Below are positions 41,022 through 53,930 of a stretch of 64,000 nucleotides of DNA, piece by piece. Every line of letters begins with the position of its first letter. Position 1 is the first letter of the stretch. The translations under genes were made by a program, and so were the position numbers. Below the pieces are notes generated by a model. That model had not been told where the DNA came from. It was given only the letters and a program-made list of their open reading frames with translations, and made no database searches. The stretch is from Octopus vulgaris (taxonomy: Eukaryota). The stretch covers positions 30,814,001 through 30,878,000 of the forward strand of contig OX597830.1 of assembly GCA_951406725.2 (NCBI GenBank), written 5' to 3'.

Positions 41022-41665
41022 CACAAAAATATGTACACACATGCCTTTAAATATATGTATACATGCCCACATATGTCTACATACATATATGTGTGTGTGT
41101 GTATTTATATAGACATACATTTATACGTATGTATATATGTATGTCTATACACACACAGACATATACATACATATACATATTTAAATATATTATGCGTGGG
41201 AAGTGGGATCCGACTTTTGGGGGTTTTTTTCCTTCTATAGTGCAACTAAGCTTGTATTCTTGTATTACAAGAAAATATTCTTTAAAATCTGAGATCTAAG
41301 AATCTAAAAAAAAAATGTGAACCACACTAATTAACTTCCCTAGCCTAACATAGCTCAACATTACTAATTAGTTAAATGTGATGAGTAATTAAAGTCACAG
41401 ACAAATTGGATTTTTGTTTTTACCTGGAGAACTTTTTTCCTTGGTTACAATGCAAAGTATTTTAACTTGCGCAGATATTACATATATTTGACTGTGAGAC
41501 TCGATGTTATACGAGCTACATGAGGCGGCGAGCTGGCGGAATTATTCACATACATATTGCAGTGATCCTTCAGTTTTTCTAAGCCCTTTAAAAGAACACG
41601 GAATTTTGCGACTCCAACAAGGCCTTTCGCGACACCCTTAAAACTAGGAACTTTTCAGCACCTCT

Positions 41666-41766
<101 letters not shown>

Positions 41767-41960
41767 CATATAATATATACATAATATATATGTATATATA
41801 TATACATAGATTAAAAATCTTCGATTTTAAAAAAAACATGCTAGGCCACTGGTTTTAATTGATTAAAATATCAATTTCTCTCCTTATTTAATTTTATACA
41901 CACACACACACATATATATATATACATACATTCATATATACATCTGCGTGTGCGTGTGTG

Positions 41961-42258
41961 TGGAGGCACATGACCAAGTTGTTAGAGCAACGGACTCGCG
42001 ATCGAGGGATAGCGGGTTCGAATTTCAAGCCGGGCGATATGTGTGTTTATGAGCGAAACACCTAAGCTCCACGCGGCTCCGGCAGAAGGTAATGGCGAAC
42101 TTCTGCAGACTCTTTTGCTACAACTTTCTCTCACTCTTTCCTCCTGCATCTTGCAGCTCACCTGCGACGGACCGGCGTCAAGTCCAGGTGGGGAACCTCT
42201 ACGCTATTGAAACAAGGGAACCAGTCTTTATGAGCCAGACATGGCTCGAGAAGGAACA

Positions 42259-42261
<3 letters not shown>
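41961..42261 (+). mobile_element. SINE family C, full length
   Basis: tRNA-like head, B box GGTTCGAAT; tail ...GGCTCGAGAAGGAACAAAC. Confidence 0.85.
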
Positions 42262-42332
<71 letters not shown>

Positions 42333-43138
42333 AAAGTAAACAAATATATACAAACGAGACAAGAACGTGAAACATTTAGAATACGACACGAAAACCATGG
42401 ACGGGACATTCGAAGCCCTCAATCATCAGTCAAGAACCGGATCATCTTCGCAATTTCGGCTGATTAATTTATATATATATATATACGCACGCACGCACAC
42501 TTATTTTGAATTCTGCGTCAAAGTGTAGAATTTGAGATAGTTGTTTTTTTCTTTTTCCTTTTTTTTTTCTTTTCCATGGTGCTATCATTACTTGGTTAGA
42601 ATATCCTGTGTACGAGGAGAAACCGGGTCCGGTTATTTTTCATGTATGTGTACATCTCTAAAACGCAAACACACACACACATGAAATACTTAAAAAACAG
42701 AAGATTAAGGACGCAAAATTTTTTGAATACTGAAATGTTTATATTTTAACCAGATAGATATTTATTGTATCTATAATTTCTTTCATGTCGCTGGACATTA
42801 AATGGCGGACTGTCACAAAAGTGAGATCGACCTACATAATATATATTTTTTCTTAAAGTTGCTTGTACAGTAACATCAAGTAATTAGTTTGACAAGAATA
42901 TGTACGTGGCATGACTAAAGAGTATATATAAGAAATTGCTCTGAACTATTAAGTATGTAGGATTGGCCATAGAAAAAGAAATTAGGCTTTTGTTAACGAA
43001 AACAGAAATAAGGTTTTCTTCTTGTTTTTTTTTTTTTTTTTACTTAGTGTTTTTTTTTTCTTTGGCGGTAGTTTCATTAATTCTCTCACTTTCGTCTTTT
43101 CCTTCGTGCTGTTCTTTCGTTGATTCTTTCTTTCTTTC

Positions 43139-43169
<31 letters not shown>

Positions 43170-43530
43170 CTTCTTCTTCTTCTTCTTCTTCTTCTTCTTC
43201 TTCTTCTTCTTCTTCTGCTTCTCCTAAATATTCTTGTCTGTTTACATCATTATCACCATCATCATCGCCACCACCACCACCACCACCACCACTACCACCG
43301 TCGCCGTCGTCATCATCATTTCTTCTTCTTCTTCTTCTTCTTCTTCTTCTTCTTCTTCTTCTTCTTCTTCTTCTTCTTCTTCTTCTTCTTCTTCTTCTTC
43401 TTCTTCTTCTTCTTCTTCTTCTTTGTAAGGTTAAAATTATTATTGCTGCTGTTACTGCTGTTACTGCTGTTGCTGCTGTTACTGCTGCTGTTGTTGTTAC
43501 TGCTGCCACTGCTGCTGTTGTTGTTGTCTG
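43139..43530. repeat. Compound triplet microsatellites (CTT)n, (CAC/CAT)n, (CTT)n, (CTG/TTG)n
   Basis: Direct reading. Confidence 0.95.
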
Positions 43531-43694
43531 AATACTAATATTTGGTGAATTTTACTTTTTCGCATTATTTAGAGGAAGCGTGCATTATGTCAAACAATTT
43601 TACCCGATGAGTTTCTATTAAGAATTGGAATCCAAATATGAGTCGTGTTGTTCTTTTTTCTCCTTGCTGCTGCTACTACTGCTGCTACTGCCTC

Positions 43695-44500
43695 TGTTAA
43701 CCCCAGTCGACTTTGCCTTTCATCCTTTCGAGGTCGATTAAATAAGTACCAGTTACGTACTGAGGTCGATGTTATCGATTTAATCCCTTTGTCTGTCTTT
43801 GTCCCCTCTATGTTTAGCCCCTTGTGGGCAATAAAGAAATGAAACAAAAATCTTAGCCGAGCATGACCCATCAAGAAGCGTCCTAGCTATGGTTTCGTCG
43901 TACCTTTGATAATATATCTAGGAGTACATTATCAAATGTACCCTTCTGTATTTTACGATAATATAGCATAATCTGTGGGAGATTGCAAAACGATTTTGTA
44001 ACAGATATATTGCACCAAAAGAAGGTTTTACTGTTGTTGTTGTTGTTGTTGTTGTTGTTTTTGGTGATGGTGGTGGTGGTGGTGGTTGCGTAGAGTTCAA
44101 TCCCAAATCAACTCTGATAAAAGAAAAACTTATAATGAATGACATTCCAGATATGACCTTTCCTTTTTCTCTATTTCCTTTCCTGCTTTTTTTTTTCTCA
44201 CATAATGTAATCGACAAGCTGCCTACCCCCAAATTTCAAGCCTTGCACCTGTAATAAAAATGATTATTATTAACATTAAAGCGGCGAACGGACACACAAC
44301 TGTTAGCATGCTGGACAAAACACGTAGGAGTAATTTCCCTCGCCTTTACGCTCTGAATTCAAATTCCGCCGAGGTCGACTTTGTCCTTCATCCATCCTTT
44401 CGGGGTTCTTGAAATAAGTACCAGTTGAGCCCTGGGATCAATGTAATCGACTAGCCCCTCTCCTCCGAAATTCGGACCTTCAGCCTATAATTTGAAAGAA
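43695..44500 (+). mobile_element. Two SINE family A copies (43695-43838 partial; 44280-44500)
   Basis: Family A central domain present in both. Confidence 0.75.
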
Positions 44501-44886
44501 TTATTATTAGTATTATTTTGGTTTTGAAAAGAAGGTAGTGTGTTGTTTTAGGGATGGGTTGGTTGCAGTTTCTAGCAAATCTTGTAATTGCGTTGAGTCT
44601 CTGTCATTGTTTCATTGGTACAAACGTAAGTCATATCTTAGTGACTGCCGCAATTAGGTCATTAGCTGCCTTGGTGAAGTATCGTGGACGTCACAAGTTG
44701 TCATCAGATTTAGAAAATTTGGGTTTAGTTGAATGCAATATTCATTTCTTTATGTAGATACATACATCTATGTGTCTATATACATACATATACATATGTA
44801 CGTACACTTCCGTACATATATACACAGAAATGCATACATATACATACATAAATATGTGTGTGTGTGCATATATATATGTGTGTGTG

Positions 44887-44925
<39 letters not shown>

Positions 44926-45048
44926 TTCTGTGTCCCTTTCTGTAGAAGACTTTTTCAATTCTTGAGCATTATATATATTGATTGATTCTAGTTTCAGCTT
45001 ATGAGCTGTGGCCATACATAATAACATATTGTGATTTATTTATATACA

Positions 45049-45460
45049 GGCGCAAGAGTGGCTCTGTGGTAAGAAGCTTGCATCCCAACCACATAGTTTC
45101 GGGTTCAGTCCCACTGCGTGCCACCTTGGGCAACTATCGTCTATTATAGCTACGGGCCGACCAAAGCCTTGTGAGTGGATTTGATAGACGGAAACTGAAA
45201 GCCCGTCGTGTGTGTGTGTGTGTGGATGTGTGCGTTGTATGTGTGTGGATGTGTGCGTTGTGTGTGTGTTCATTTCCCCCCCCACCATTGATTGACAACC
45301 GATGCTGGTGTGTTTACGTCCCTGTATCTTAGCAGTTCGGCAAAAGTGACCGATAGAATAAGTATTAGGCTTACAAAGAATAAGTCCTGGGGTCGATTTG
45401 TTCGACTAAAGGCGGTGCTCCAGCATGGCCGCCGTCAAAGGACTGAAACACGTAAAAGAA
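45049..45460 (+). mobile_element. SINE family B, full length
   Basis: Family B similarity. Confidence 0.9.
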
Positions 45461-45545
45461 TAGAACAATGAATGTATGTGTACATATATGCATAATACAT
45501 ACATATTGCATACATTCATATAAACGGATACGTACATGTATGTAT

Positions 45546-45605
<60 letters not shown>

Positions 45606-46158
45606 GCACGTACACGCACGCACACACGCACACACACACACACACACACGCACACTTACACACACATTTGAATTGAAATAGTCAAGGTCTTACGTGAATA
45701 TTCATCGAAGTGAGTCGGAAGGGAGTGCAGCATATAACATAACTGGTTAGTTATAAAAACGCCTGGGTGCGGGTACGATGATTAGGAAGCGGCTACCGGA
45801 GATGAGCCGTCAGTTGTTAGGGGTGAAGAAGGGGTGGAAAGGTGTTTGATTAGGTACAGTGGGTTGCATGGTGGAGTAAGGTACGCAGAGAGGCTAGGGT
45901 GTGGGTGGGTGCAGTGGTGGTGCCTATATTTAGAAAACAAAATAACAACTACAACAACATCAGCAAAAAAATAAATGTGAAAAATTTAAATATTCTAAAC
46001 AATATATGCACTCAGTCACACATGTGTTAGGAAACTCAGAAAGCATGCCGAATTTTTTATGGGTTTGTTTTCTCATTTTTTTTCGGCTTTTTTCTTTTTT
46101 TGTTTTTTTTTTGTGGGTGCCTGTGGAAAACAAAGACCCTTAAGTTTTAATAGATGAC

Positions 46159-46195
<37 letters not shown>

Positions 46196-46271
46196 ACAGC
46201 AGCAGTAGTAGTAGTATTGATTGTGGTGGCGGTGGTGGTTGTGTGGTGGTGGTTGTGTGGTGTTGTTGTTG

Positions 46272-46303
<32 letters not shown>

Positions 46304-46426
46304 GGTGGTGGTGGTGGTGGTGGTGGTGGTGGTGGTGGTGGTGGTGGTGGTGGCGGCGGCGGCGGCGGCGGTAGTGGTGGTAGTGGTGGTGGTGGTGGTG
46401 GTGGTGGTGGTGGTGGTGGTGGTGGT
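46159..46426. repeat. Compound (GTA)n(GTT)n(GGT)n(GGC)n triplet repeat
   Basis: Direct reading. Confidence 0.95.
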
Positions 46427-47302
46427 AAAGAGAAATGTGAGTGTGAACCATCCTGTTCTCTTCAAAGGCATTAGAGGCGTTGGTGAAGTTAAAAAGGTAT
46501 TCAATTTAAAGAATGAAATCACGTCACAGATCACGTGATTGTGTCAGTTCCGAACAGGCTTCATCGAGCCTTGACCTATATATCATTGAAGTTATATGAA
46601 ATGAAATAAATGACTGAAAGAAAGAAATAGGAATATACAATTAATTTCATTAGCTTACAAGTGTTTCTGCTAAAAGATGCTGTGCACGCAGAGATGAGTG
46701 TTTGTGCATAACCCAAATAGCTTACTCGGAGCTTTTATCGTGCTGAAGATAATTTTAAAGAGTAATTTGAATGAAGATTTGGGAGATAAAATTTAGTCTG
46801 TCACCCGGCTGAACACTACTTCTGGCCCATGGAGTGTCTTTATTGAAGTCCAGACTGCTGCAAATAGTTGGACTGAGTTTCCAATTTTCAGAAGCTCCCA
46901 GTTTTAAAAATCCTCCAGTTTCAAAACTTCCGGGTTTAAGAAAATTCCCCACTTCCTCTTCGACAATTTCGAGGGACCCGAAAAATATAAAGAGAAATAG
47001 GAGTAGTCAATTTATACTGAAATAAACGCTAAAAAAACCCAGTAGATTAGGCGATTACTTAAATGTAGAAATCGACTTTTAATGGAAAACAGTACAATAA
47101 TCGTGACGTATATTTGCCATATAAATATGGCTAAACCCTAAGGGTGGATGCTACTGTAGTTTGTAGCCCCAGGAGGACACCTCCTCCAGCTGGCCATAGA
47201 CGCACTTTCTGTGCCCTATCAGTATTTGCAAAGGGAAGTCATCCCTCCCGTCTTCAACTTGTGATACACACGGACTCGAGTACAATAATGCTTTCGTAAA
47301 AT

Positions 47303-47448
47303 CACTAGCGTAGTTAGAGCGTGTACCGCCCGGGGCGGCCCTTCAGTTTTCCTCACCTGGGCCCCTACTAAAAAATTCATATTGCCTACAGCAAACCCAA
47401 AAGTGGTGCTGTCCCCATAAAAGGGTCTCCCCTCTAGCGACGCTATTA
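47303..47448. mobile_element. 146-bp hAT-type MITE with perfect 8-bp TSD
   Basis: TIRs CACTAGCGTAGTTAGAG / CTCTAGCGACGCTATTA; CGTAAAAT at 47295-47302 and 47449-47456. Confidence 0.8.
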
Positions 47449-47797
47449 CGTAAAATAGGGACAAAACATAATTATGCAGTTTCTTTTTCTCTTAATTAAA
47501 ATCACGTAGCCATTAGATAGAACGCATTCATCACATCATTAGCAACAACAACAACATCATCACGGCAGTTCATAATAAGAGAGGTTGGTCATCTTGCAGA
47601 CCGAGTGTTATAAACAAAATTGAGCCAAGGGAAGTAACTCAAAGTGACCGATGACATTTAATCGAATAACTTAGACAAATACAAGTATAACGAGTACCAT
47701 ATAACAAAAGTTATGTGTTTTGATCACCAAAGGTAAGTTTTGGTGAGGACTGCTTCGATGTTATTTGGTCATTGCCTCTTCGACGAGGATAACGTTG

Positions 47798-47983
47798 CTC
47801 TGTATTTAAGAGATGAGGAATTATGCACATTATTTATATTATTTACATTCAACGAATATTTGTCCTCATCTTGTTTGTTGTTAACACAACGTTTCGGGTG
47901 ATATACTCTACAGCCTTCATCAGCGGACTCGGGGAAATTTCGAACCTGGGTTCTCATTCTTAAGGTATTTTTCGATGTTATTC

Positions 47984-48046
<63 letters not shown>

Positions 48047-48219
48047 TCACTGTCTGGAATCGAACTCGGAACCTTGGGGTTAGTAGCCCGCGCTCTTAAC
48101 CACTACGCCATATGCCCAAGACAGCTGATGAAGGTTGGAGGGTATATCAGCCGAAATATTATGTTAACAACAAACAAGATGAGGACAACTATCCGTCAAA
48201 TGTAAATAATGTAAATAAT
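47798..48219 (-). mobile_element. tRNA-headed non-autonomous retroelement with hammerhead-bearing Penelope-type tail and inverted 5' tail copy
   Basis: TSD GAGGATAACGTTG at 47785-47797 and 48220-48232; tRNA-like head 48117-48046; (AAT)n 47978-48042; HHR cores at 47884-47927 (-) and 48121-48164 (+); inverted arms 47828-47924 / 48124-48220. Confidence 0.8.
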
Positions 48220-48340
48220 GAGGATAACGTTGACCTTACATCCTTCACACAGATGTTCTTGAAAATACCAGGAAAGCAATGATGATGGAAGGTCTCCAGT
48301 TGAGTTACATGTGGACGTAGATCACACACACACACACACA

Positions 48341-48436
<96 letters not shown>

Positions 48437-48814
48437 GGCAAAAGCACACACATAAACAAATGTATCCCTACATCCAGTTTCTGCCTAGCGATTCTTATTA
48501 ATTCACGAGATTTTCATCAACCGGATGTTAGGGCAGAAAAACACTTGTCTAAGATACCGCGCAACCGAATCGAACCCGAGATAATATGATAGCAGTACGA
48601 ACAAACGAACACCTTAAGAGAACGACAAAAACCTACGTCAACACCTATGTAAAGAAAATGTGGAAAATATTAAAAAATGCTAACGTATGCACAAGTTTGC
48701 TTGTATTAATGTGGATATGTTTGAGTCAATACATACAAATGCTGAAACATACACACACACACACAAAAATACTTAAGCATATACACACATACAAATATAT
48801 ATACATACATAAAA

Positions 48815-49133
48815 GACTCCGCCGGTTACGACGACGAGGGTCCCAGCTGATACGATCAACGGAACAGCTTGCTCGTGAAATTAACGTGCAAATGGCTGAG
48901 CATTCCACAGACACGTGTACCCTTAACGTAGTTCTCGGGGATAATCAGCGTGACACAGAGAGTGACAAGGCTGACCCTTTGAAATACAAGTACAACTCAT
49001 TTTTGCCAGCTGAGTGGACTGGAGCAACGTGAAATAAAGTGTCTTGCTCAAGGACACAACGCGTCGCCGGGAATCGAACTCACAACCTTACGATCATGAG
49101 CCGAATGCCCTAACCACTAAGCCACGCGCTCTC
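48815..49133 (-). mobile_element. SINE family D (tRNA head, GTTGTGTCCTTGAGCAAGACAC body) sharing its tail with the SINE at 50631
   Basis: A box TGGCTTAGTGG, B box GTTCGATTCC; 48815-48984 is homologous to 50820-50990. Confidence 0.85.
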
Positions 49134-49339
49134 ACATACATATATTTATACATACACACACATACGCTTGTATCTATGAATGTACATGAGCGTGTATAAG
49201 TGCAGGTGGATGTCTAAGGCGAATGATTTCATCTGAAGGTATGCATTGAAAATATAACGCTTGCATCTCGAGCGCAAAAACAAGTATTCATGGATGGATG
49301 TTTGTATATATGCATGTAAATGTGTGCGTATACCGCTCT

Positions 49340-49574
49340 ATATATATACATACATGTATTTGTAGATACATATACATATACATATATTTGCGCGCGCACG
49401 CACACGCACACACACACACATGCACATGCACACACGCACATATATATATATATATATATATTTATGTATAGATATATGTACACCCGACTACATACATGCA
49501 TACGAACATACATACACACACACACACATATATATACATAAATATATATATGTATACAGTAATATATATATATT

Positions 49575-49619
<45 letters not shown>

Positions 49620-49627
49620 ATATATAA

Positions 49628-49660
<33 letters not shown>

Positions 49661-49677
49661 TATGTGTGTATATGTAG

Positions 49678-49711
<34 letters not shown>

Positions 49712-49751
49712 ATATATATAAATATATATATATATATATGTGTGTATATGT

Positions 49752-49820
<69 letters not shown>

Positions 49821-49880
49821 CATTTATATATATATATATTTGTGTGCGTGTATGTGTATATATGTATGTATGAACACATG
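49340..49880. repeat. (TA)n/(GT)n compound microsatellite
   Basis: Direct reading. Confidence 0.9.
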
Positions 49881-50316
49881 CACACTAATGTAGAAAGAAA
49901 AATACCTATGGACATATTCATCCACACCTACACGCTACTCACACACACATACACACATACACATTCCCCCCCCCAAAAAAAAAAAGATACACACGCAACA
50001 CCCCTACCCCTCGCAACACCACCAACACCCTTCAGCCCCCACCCCACCCCATCTACCATCCCCCCAACCAGACACGCTATCCCTGGACTTGAAACTAAAA
50101 ACAATATATATACATTAAACTAGGATCTTTTGATGCAACGTTGTCCGATCTCTTGTAAGATCGCCAAATTTTGTAGCCAAATAATCTAGATGGCACAAAT
50201 GCAATGTCGAACAGCCATACTTTCGCTTCTAACGTTTCTTTATCTTATGCCTTTTCATATTTTTTTTAGTCTTTTTTCTTTGCCTTTCATTTCTTCTATG
50301 TTAATATTTCTTTGAC

Positions 50317-50356
<40 letters not shown>

Positions 50357-50630
50357 TTTATTTCGACGATATTTCTTCATCAAATAAAGTAACCAGTATC
50401 TTGGACATCTAGTTTCTATGTAAAAATTATCAGGTCTTTGTGTGTATGTGTGTGTGTGTGTGTGTGTATGTACGCCTGCATAAATATGTGTATATGTACG
50501 TGTGTATCTACGTGTGTGTGCATGAATGTATACTTCTATGTATTCATTTATATATGTTTATATCTACCAGCATTTACATATGCATATAGGTACATGTAAA
50601 TATGTGTATCTTCTTATATACATATAAGTG

Positions 50631-50995
50631 TGGAGGCGCAATGGCCCAGTGGTTAGGGCAGCGGACTCGCGGTCATAGGATCGGGCGTTGTGAGTGTTTA
50701 TTGAGCGAAAACACATAAAAGCTCCACGAGGCTCCGGCAGGGGATGGTGGTGATCCCTGCTGTACTCTTTCACCACAACTTTCTCACACTCTTACTTCCT
50801 GTTTCTGTTGTACCTGTATTTCAAGGGGCCGGCCTTGTCACTCTCTGTGTCACGCTGAATATCCCCGAGAACTACGTTAAGGGTGCACGTGTCTGTGGAG
50901 TGCTCAGCCACTTACACGTTAATTTCACGAGCAGGCTGTTCCGTTGATTCGGATCAACCGGAACCCTCATCGTCGTAACCGACGGAGTGCTTCCA
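50631..50995 (+). mobile_element. SINE family C head with D-type tail
   Basis: Head TGGAGGCGCAATGGCCCAGTGGTTAGGGCAGCGGACTCGCGG (B box deleted). Confidence 0.85.
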
Positions 50996-51006
50996 CTCCA
51001 TATATA

Positions 51007-51067
<61 letters not shown>

Positions 51068-51069
51068 TG

Positions 51070-51365
51070 TGGAGGCGCAATGGCCCAGTGGTTAGGGCAG
51101 TGGATCGCAGGATCGCGATCTCGATTCCCAGACCGGGCGTTGTGAGTATTTATTGAGCGAAAACACCTAAAGCTCCACGGCAGGTGGTGGTGGCGATCTC
51201 TGTTGTACTTTTTCGCAACAACTTTCTCTCACTCTTTCTTCTGTTGGCCTGCTCGCTTAGCCAGCGGGGTAGCGTCATTTGAAGGCTAAAACAATGCGAG
51301 GCGCATTGTGACCAGCGATGTGTAGCAACATCTGATGGCTTGGTCGGTCACGGTGATCACGGTGA
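51070..51365 (+). mobile_element. SINE family C head with a third tail type
   Basis: Same head; tail CTGCTCGCTTAGCCAGCGGGG...TGGTCGGTCACG differs from the other copies. Confidence 0.8.
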
Positions 51366-51450
51366 TATATATATAGATATATATATATATACACAGGCAT
51401 CTGGTTTACATGCGAAACTGGTTGTGTGTATATTTGAAATCTAAAGGCTC

Positions 51451-51520
51451 CCTACTGACGAAAACTAGGCTCATTAAATATTATTTTTTTACTGGAATGA
51501 TTTAGAAACCATGGTCTAGG
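51451..51520 (+). ncRNA. Type I hammerhead ribozyme motif in a Penelope-type terminus
   Basis: CCTA-CTGACGA-(43 nt, weak stem II)-GAAA-CCATGG-TC-TAGG: 4-bp stem I, palindromic stem III, GUC triplet. Confidence 0.6.
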
Positions 51521-51683
51521 AACGAAATTAGATGGTAAACGTTTTTATTTTTCAATCCTTTCGAGAATTTATCCATAATTAGTGGTTTGAGTTTTCTACT
51601 GCTCTTTCTAGCACAAGGCTTTCCTATTTGGAAACTTTTTAATGTGTTCTAATATATACGATATATATATATATATATATATA

Positions 51684-51828
51684 CAGTAGTGTAGCTAGAG
51701 TGGGTGTCGCCAGGGGCGGCTCTTCCGTTTGCCGTCCCCGATTCCACAAAAGACTCATTTTCCCCACAGCAGACCCAACAGTCGTGTCCCTTTAAAAGGG
51801 CCGCACGTCCCCATTAGCTACGCTAGTG
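51684..51828. mobile_element. Second copy of the ~145-bp hAT-type MITE, in (TA)n
   Basis: TIRs CAGTAGTGTAGCTA / TAGCTACGCTAGTG; internal similarity to 47303-47448. Confidence 0.75.
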
Positions 51829-51839
51829 TATATATATAT

Positions 51840-52054
51840 CTTTTACTTGTTTCAGTCATTAGACTGCGACCATGCTGGAGCACCACCTCGAAATTTTAGT
51901 CGAATTAATCGACTCAAGTACTTATTTTGTAAGCCTGATTCTTATTGTATTGGTCTGTTATGCCAAACCCCTTTGCTAGGTTACATGGACGTAAGCACAC
52001 CACCACCGATTTCTAGCGGTAATGGGTAGGGGACAAATACAGTCAATAAAATAT

Positions 52055-52103
<49 letters not shown>

Positions 52104-52252
52104 AGACAGGTTTCTTTCAGTTTCTGTCTACAAAATCCACTCACAAGGATTTGGTCGGCCCGAGGCTATAGCAGAAGAAACTTGCCCAAGGTACCACTCA
52201 TTAGGACTGAACCCGGTTGGGAAGCAAGCTTCTTACCACTCAGCCACTCCTA
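51840..52252 (-). mobile_element. SINE family B, full length
   Basis: Family B similarity. Confidence 0.85.
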
Positions 52253-52308
52253 TACGCGCACGCACACACAGACTCGTGTGTGTGTATGTGTATAAATATG
52301 TATATATA

Positions 52309-52359
<51 letters not shown>

Positions 52360-53003
52360 ATATATAATATAGATAATTAAATAATATATACATACATATA
52401 TATATATAGGATGTCACTAACTATAAGCAGCAACAAATACGCAAACAACGAGAGAAAATATTGAAAACAGGACAAGTAACACAAAGAACGACCCTTCATC
52501 AATTGTCGGCTATCTATCTACTCCTCATTTCGAAGTGACACTGGGGTAAAATATACGAAGACCAGCGTAACATCATAACTACCCGTCTGATAAGGGTACA
52601 CCAGGAACATGCATCATAACCATATGTGCGCGACATGGTGATCTCATATCACGAAAAACAGCGCATGACCTTGCACGTGGGACCAGTTAGAAATTTCTTC
52701 AGGTCGAGTAACCCATCCCACACAAAAGGTCCTTGAATAAGGGTTGTTTAAGGATGTCGAATGAAACACCCATGTTACCTGAGGTGAATAATTCAAACCC
52801 GAAAGAATTCCTCTCAGCACTCGGCTATGATGCATCCCCACTACTTCTGCTCGTGATCAGAGATGCACATATCGTCAGCCACTAAGGGACATGCTCAACT
52901 GGTTAAAGTCAAACAACTAACAAGTAAATCTGTGGTATAAAGCAGAATATTTGCAGTAGCCCATTTTTTATACCAAAACGAAGAATATTTGCTGCAACCC
53001 ATC

Positions 53004-53006
<3 letters not shown>

Positions 53007-53083
<77 letters not shown>
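53007..53083. repeat. (TTA)n microsatellite
   Basis: Direct reading. Confidence 0.95.
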
Positions 53084-53085
<2 letters not shown>

Positions 53086-53119
53086 ATCCTCCTCTTCCTC
53101 ATCATCATTATTATTATTA

Positions 53120-53585
53120 AGGCGAGCTGGCTGATTCATTAGCACGCCGGACAAAATACTTGGCGGTATTTCGTCTGCCGTTACGTTCTGAGTTCGAATT
53201 CCGCCGAGGTTGACTTTGCCCTTCATCCTATCGGGGTCGATAAATTAAGTACCAGTTACGCCCTGGAGTCGATATAATCGACTTAATCCGTCTGTCTGTC
53301 CTTGTTTGTCTCCTCTGCGTTTAGCCTCTTGTGGGTAGTGAAGAAATAGATATTCTGTCCGTCCTTACGTTCTGAGCTCAAATTCCACCGTGGTCAACTT
53401 TGCTTATCATCCTTGGGGGGGGGGGGGGGGTCAATAAATTAAGCACCAGTAAATAACCCCCACACCACCCCAAAATTTTACGCCTTGTGCCTATAGTAGA
53501 AAAGATTATTATCATTATTGTCAACGCGGTGACCTGGCAGAATCGTTATCTCGCTGAGCAAAATGCTTAGCTTTTTGCGTTCTGA
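53120..53585 (+). mobile_element. Two to three tandem SINE family A copies
   Basis: Family A head and central domain repeated. Confidence 0.85.
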
Positions 53586-53930
53586 GTTGCCCTTTGGACA
53601 CCAAGATGTGGTTCGAAAATCGCTAGAGAAAGAGAACATATAAGAACCATTGATAAGGGATTTTCTAATACGGAACCCAGGATACACTTTCAGCTTCATA
53701 TCTATTATTACTGGAGCAACAGGATACATGCCAACCCATCTCGAGCAAAGTATGGCTGAAAATGGGTTCTTGGAGAGATAACACAAATCCTTAATTCATT
53801 ATGCTACAAATGATCGCGATATTTAGGACTGGAAAGATCTGCAAGTCGTTCTTCAGATTTAAAGGATGCTACTAACGAGAAGATGCTCTCCTTCACAAAG
53901 TTGCTACCAATTAGGTAGCCGCTCAAGATT
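53585..53930 (+). mobile_element. R4/Dong-like RLE LINE extreme 3' fragment
   Basis: Translation VVRKSLEKENI*EPLIRDFLIRNPGYTFSFISIITGATGYMPTHL...GKICKSFFRF resembles the RLE C-terminus, including that of the 7200-7460 element (KIEEKEDIYEQLLRNFQHLYP). Confidence 0.7.

Noticed and set aside
46755-47025. Overlapping 63-65 aa ORFs in unique-looking sequence
   Set aside because: No recognisable motif or convincing splice signals.
48046-48117. tRNA gene (anticodon ACT)
   Set aside because: Acceptor and T stems pair poorly and it is embedded in a TSD-flanked element; treated as a SINE head. The same applies to the heads at 27423, 41961, 49133, 50631 and 51070.
52535-52975. Probable interspersed repeat of unknown class
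   Set aside because: Only one copy in the window and no diagnostic ends, so it cannot be classified.
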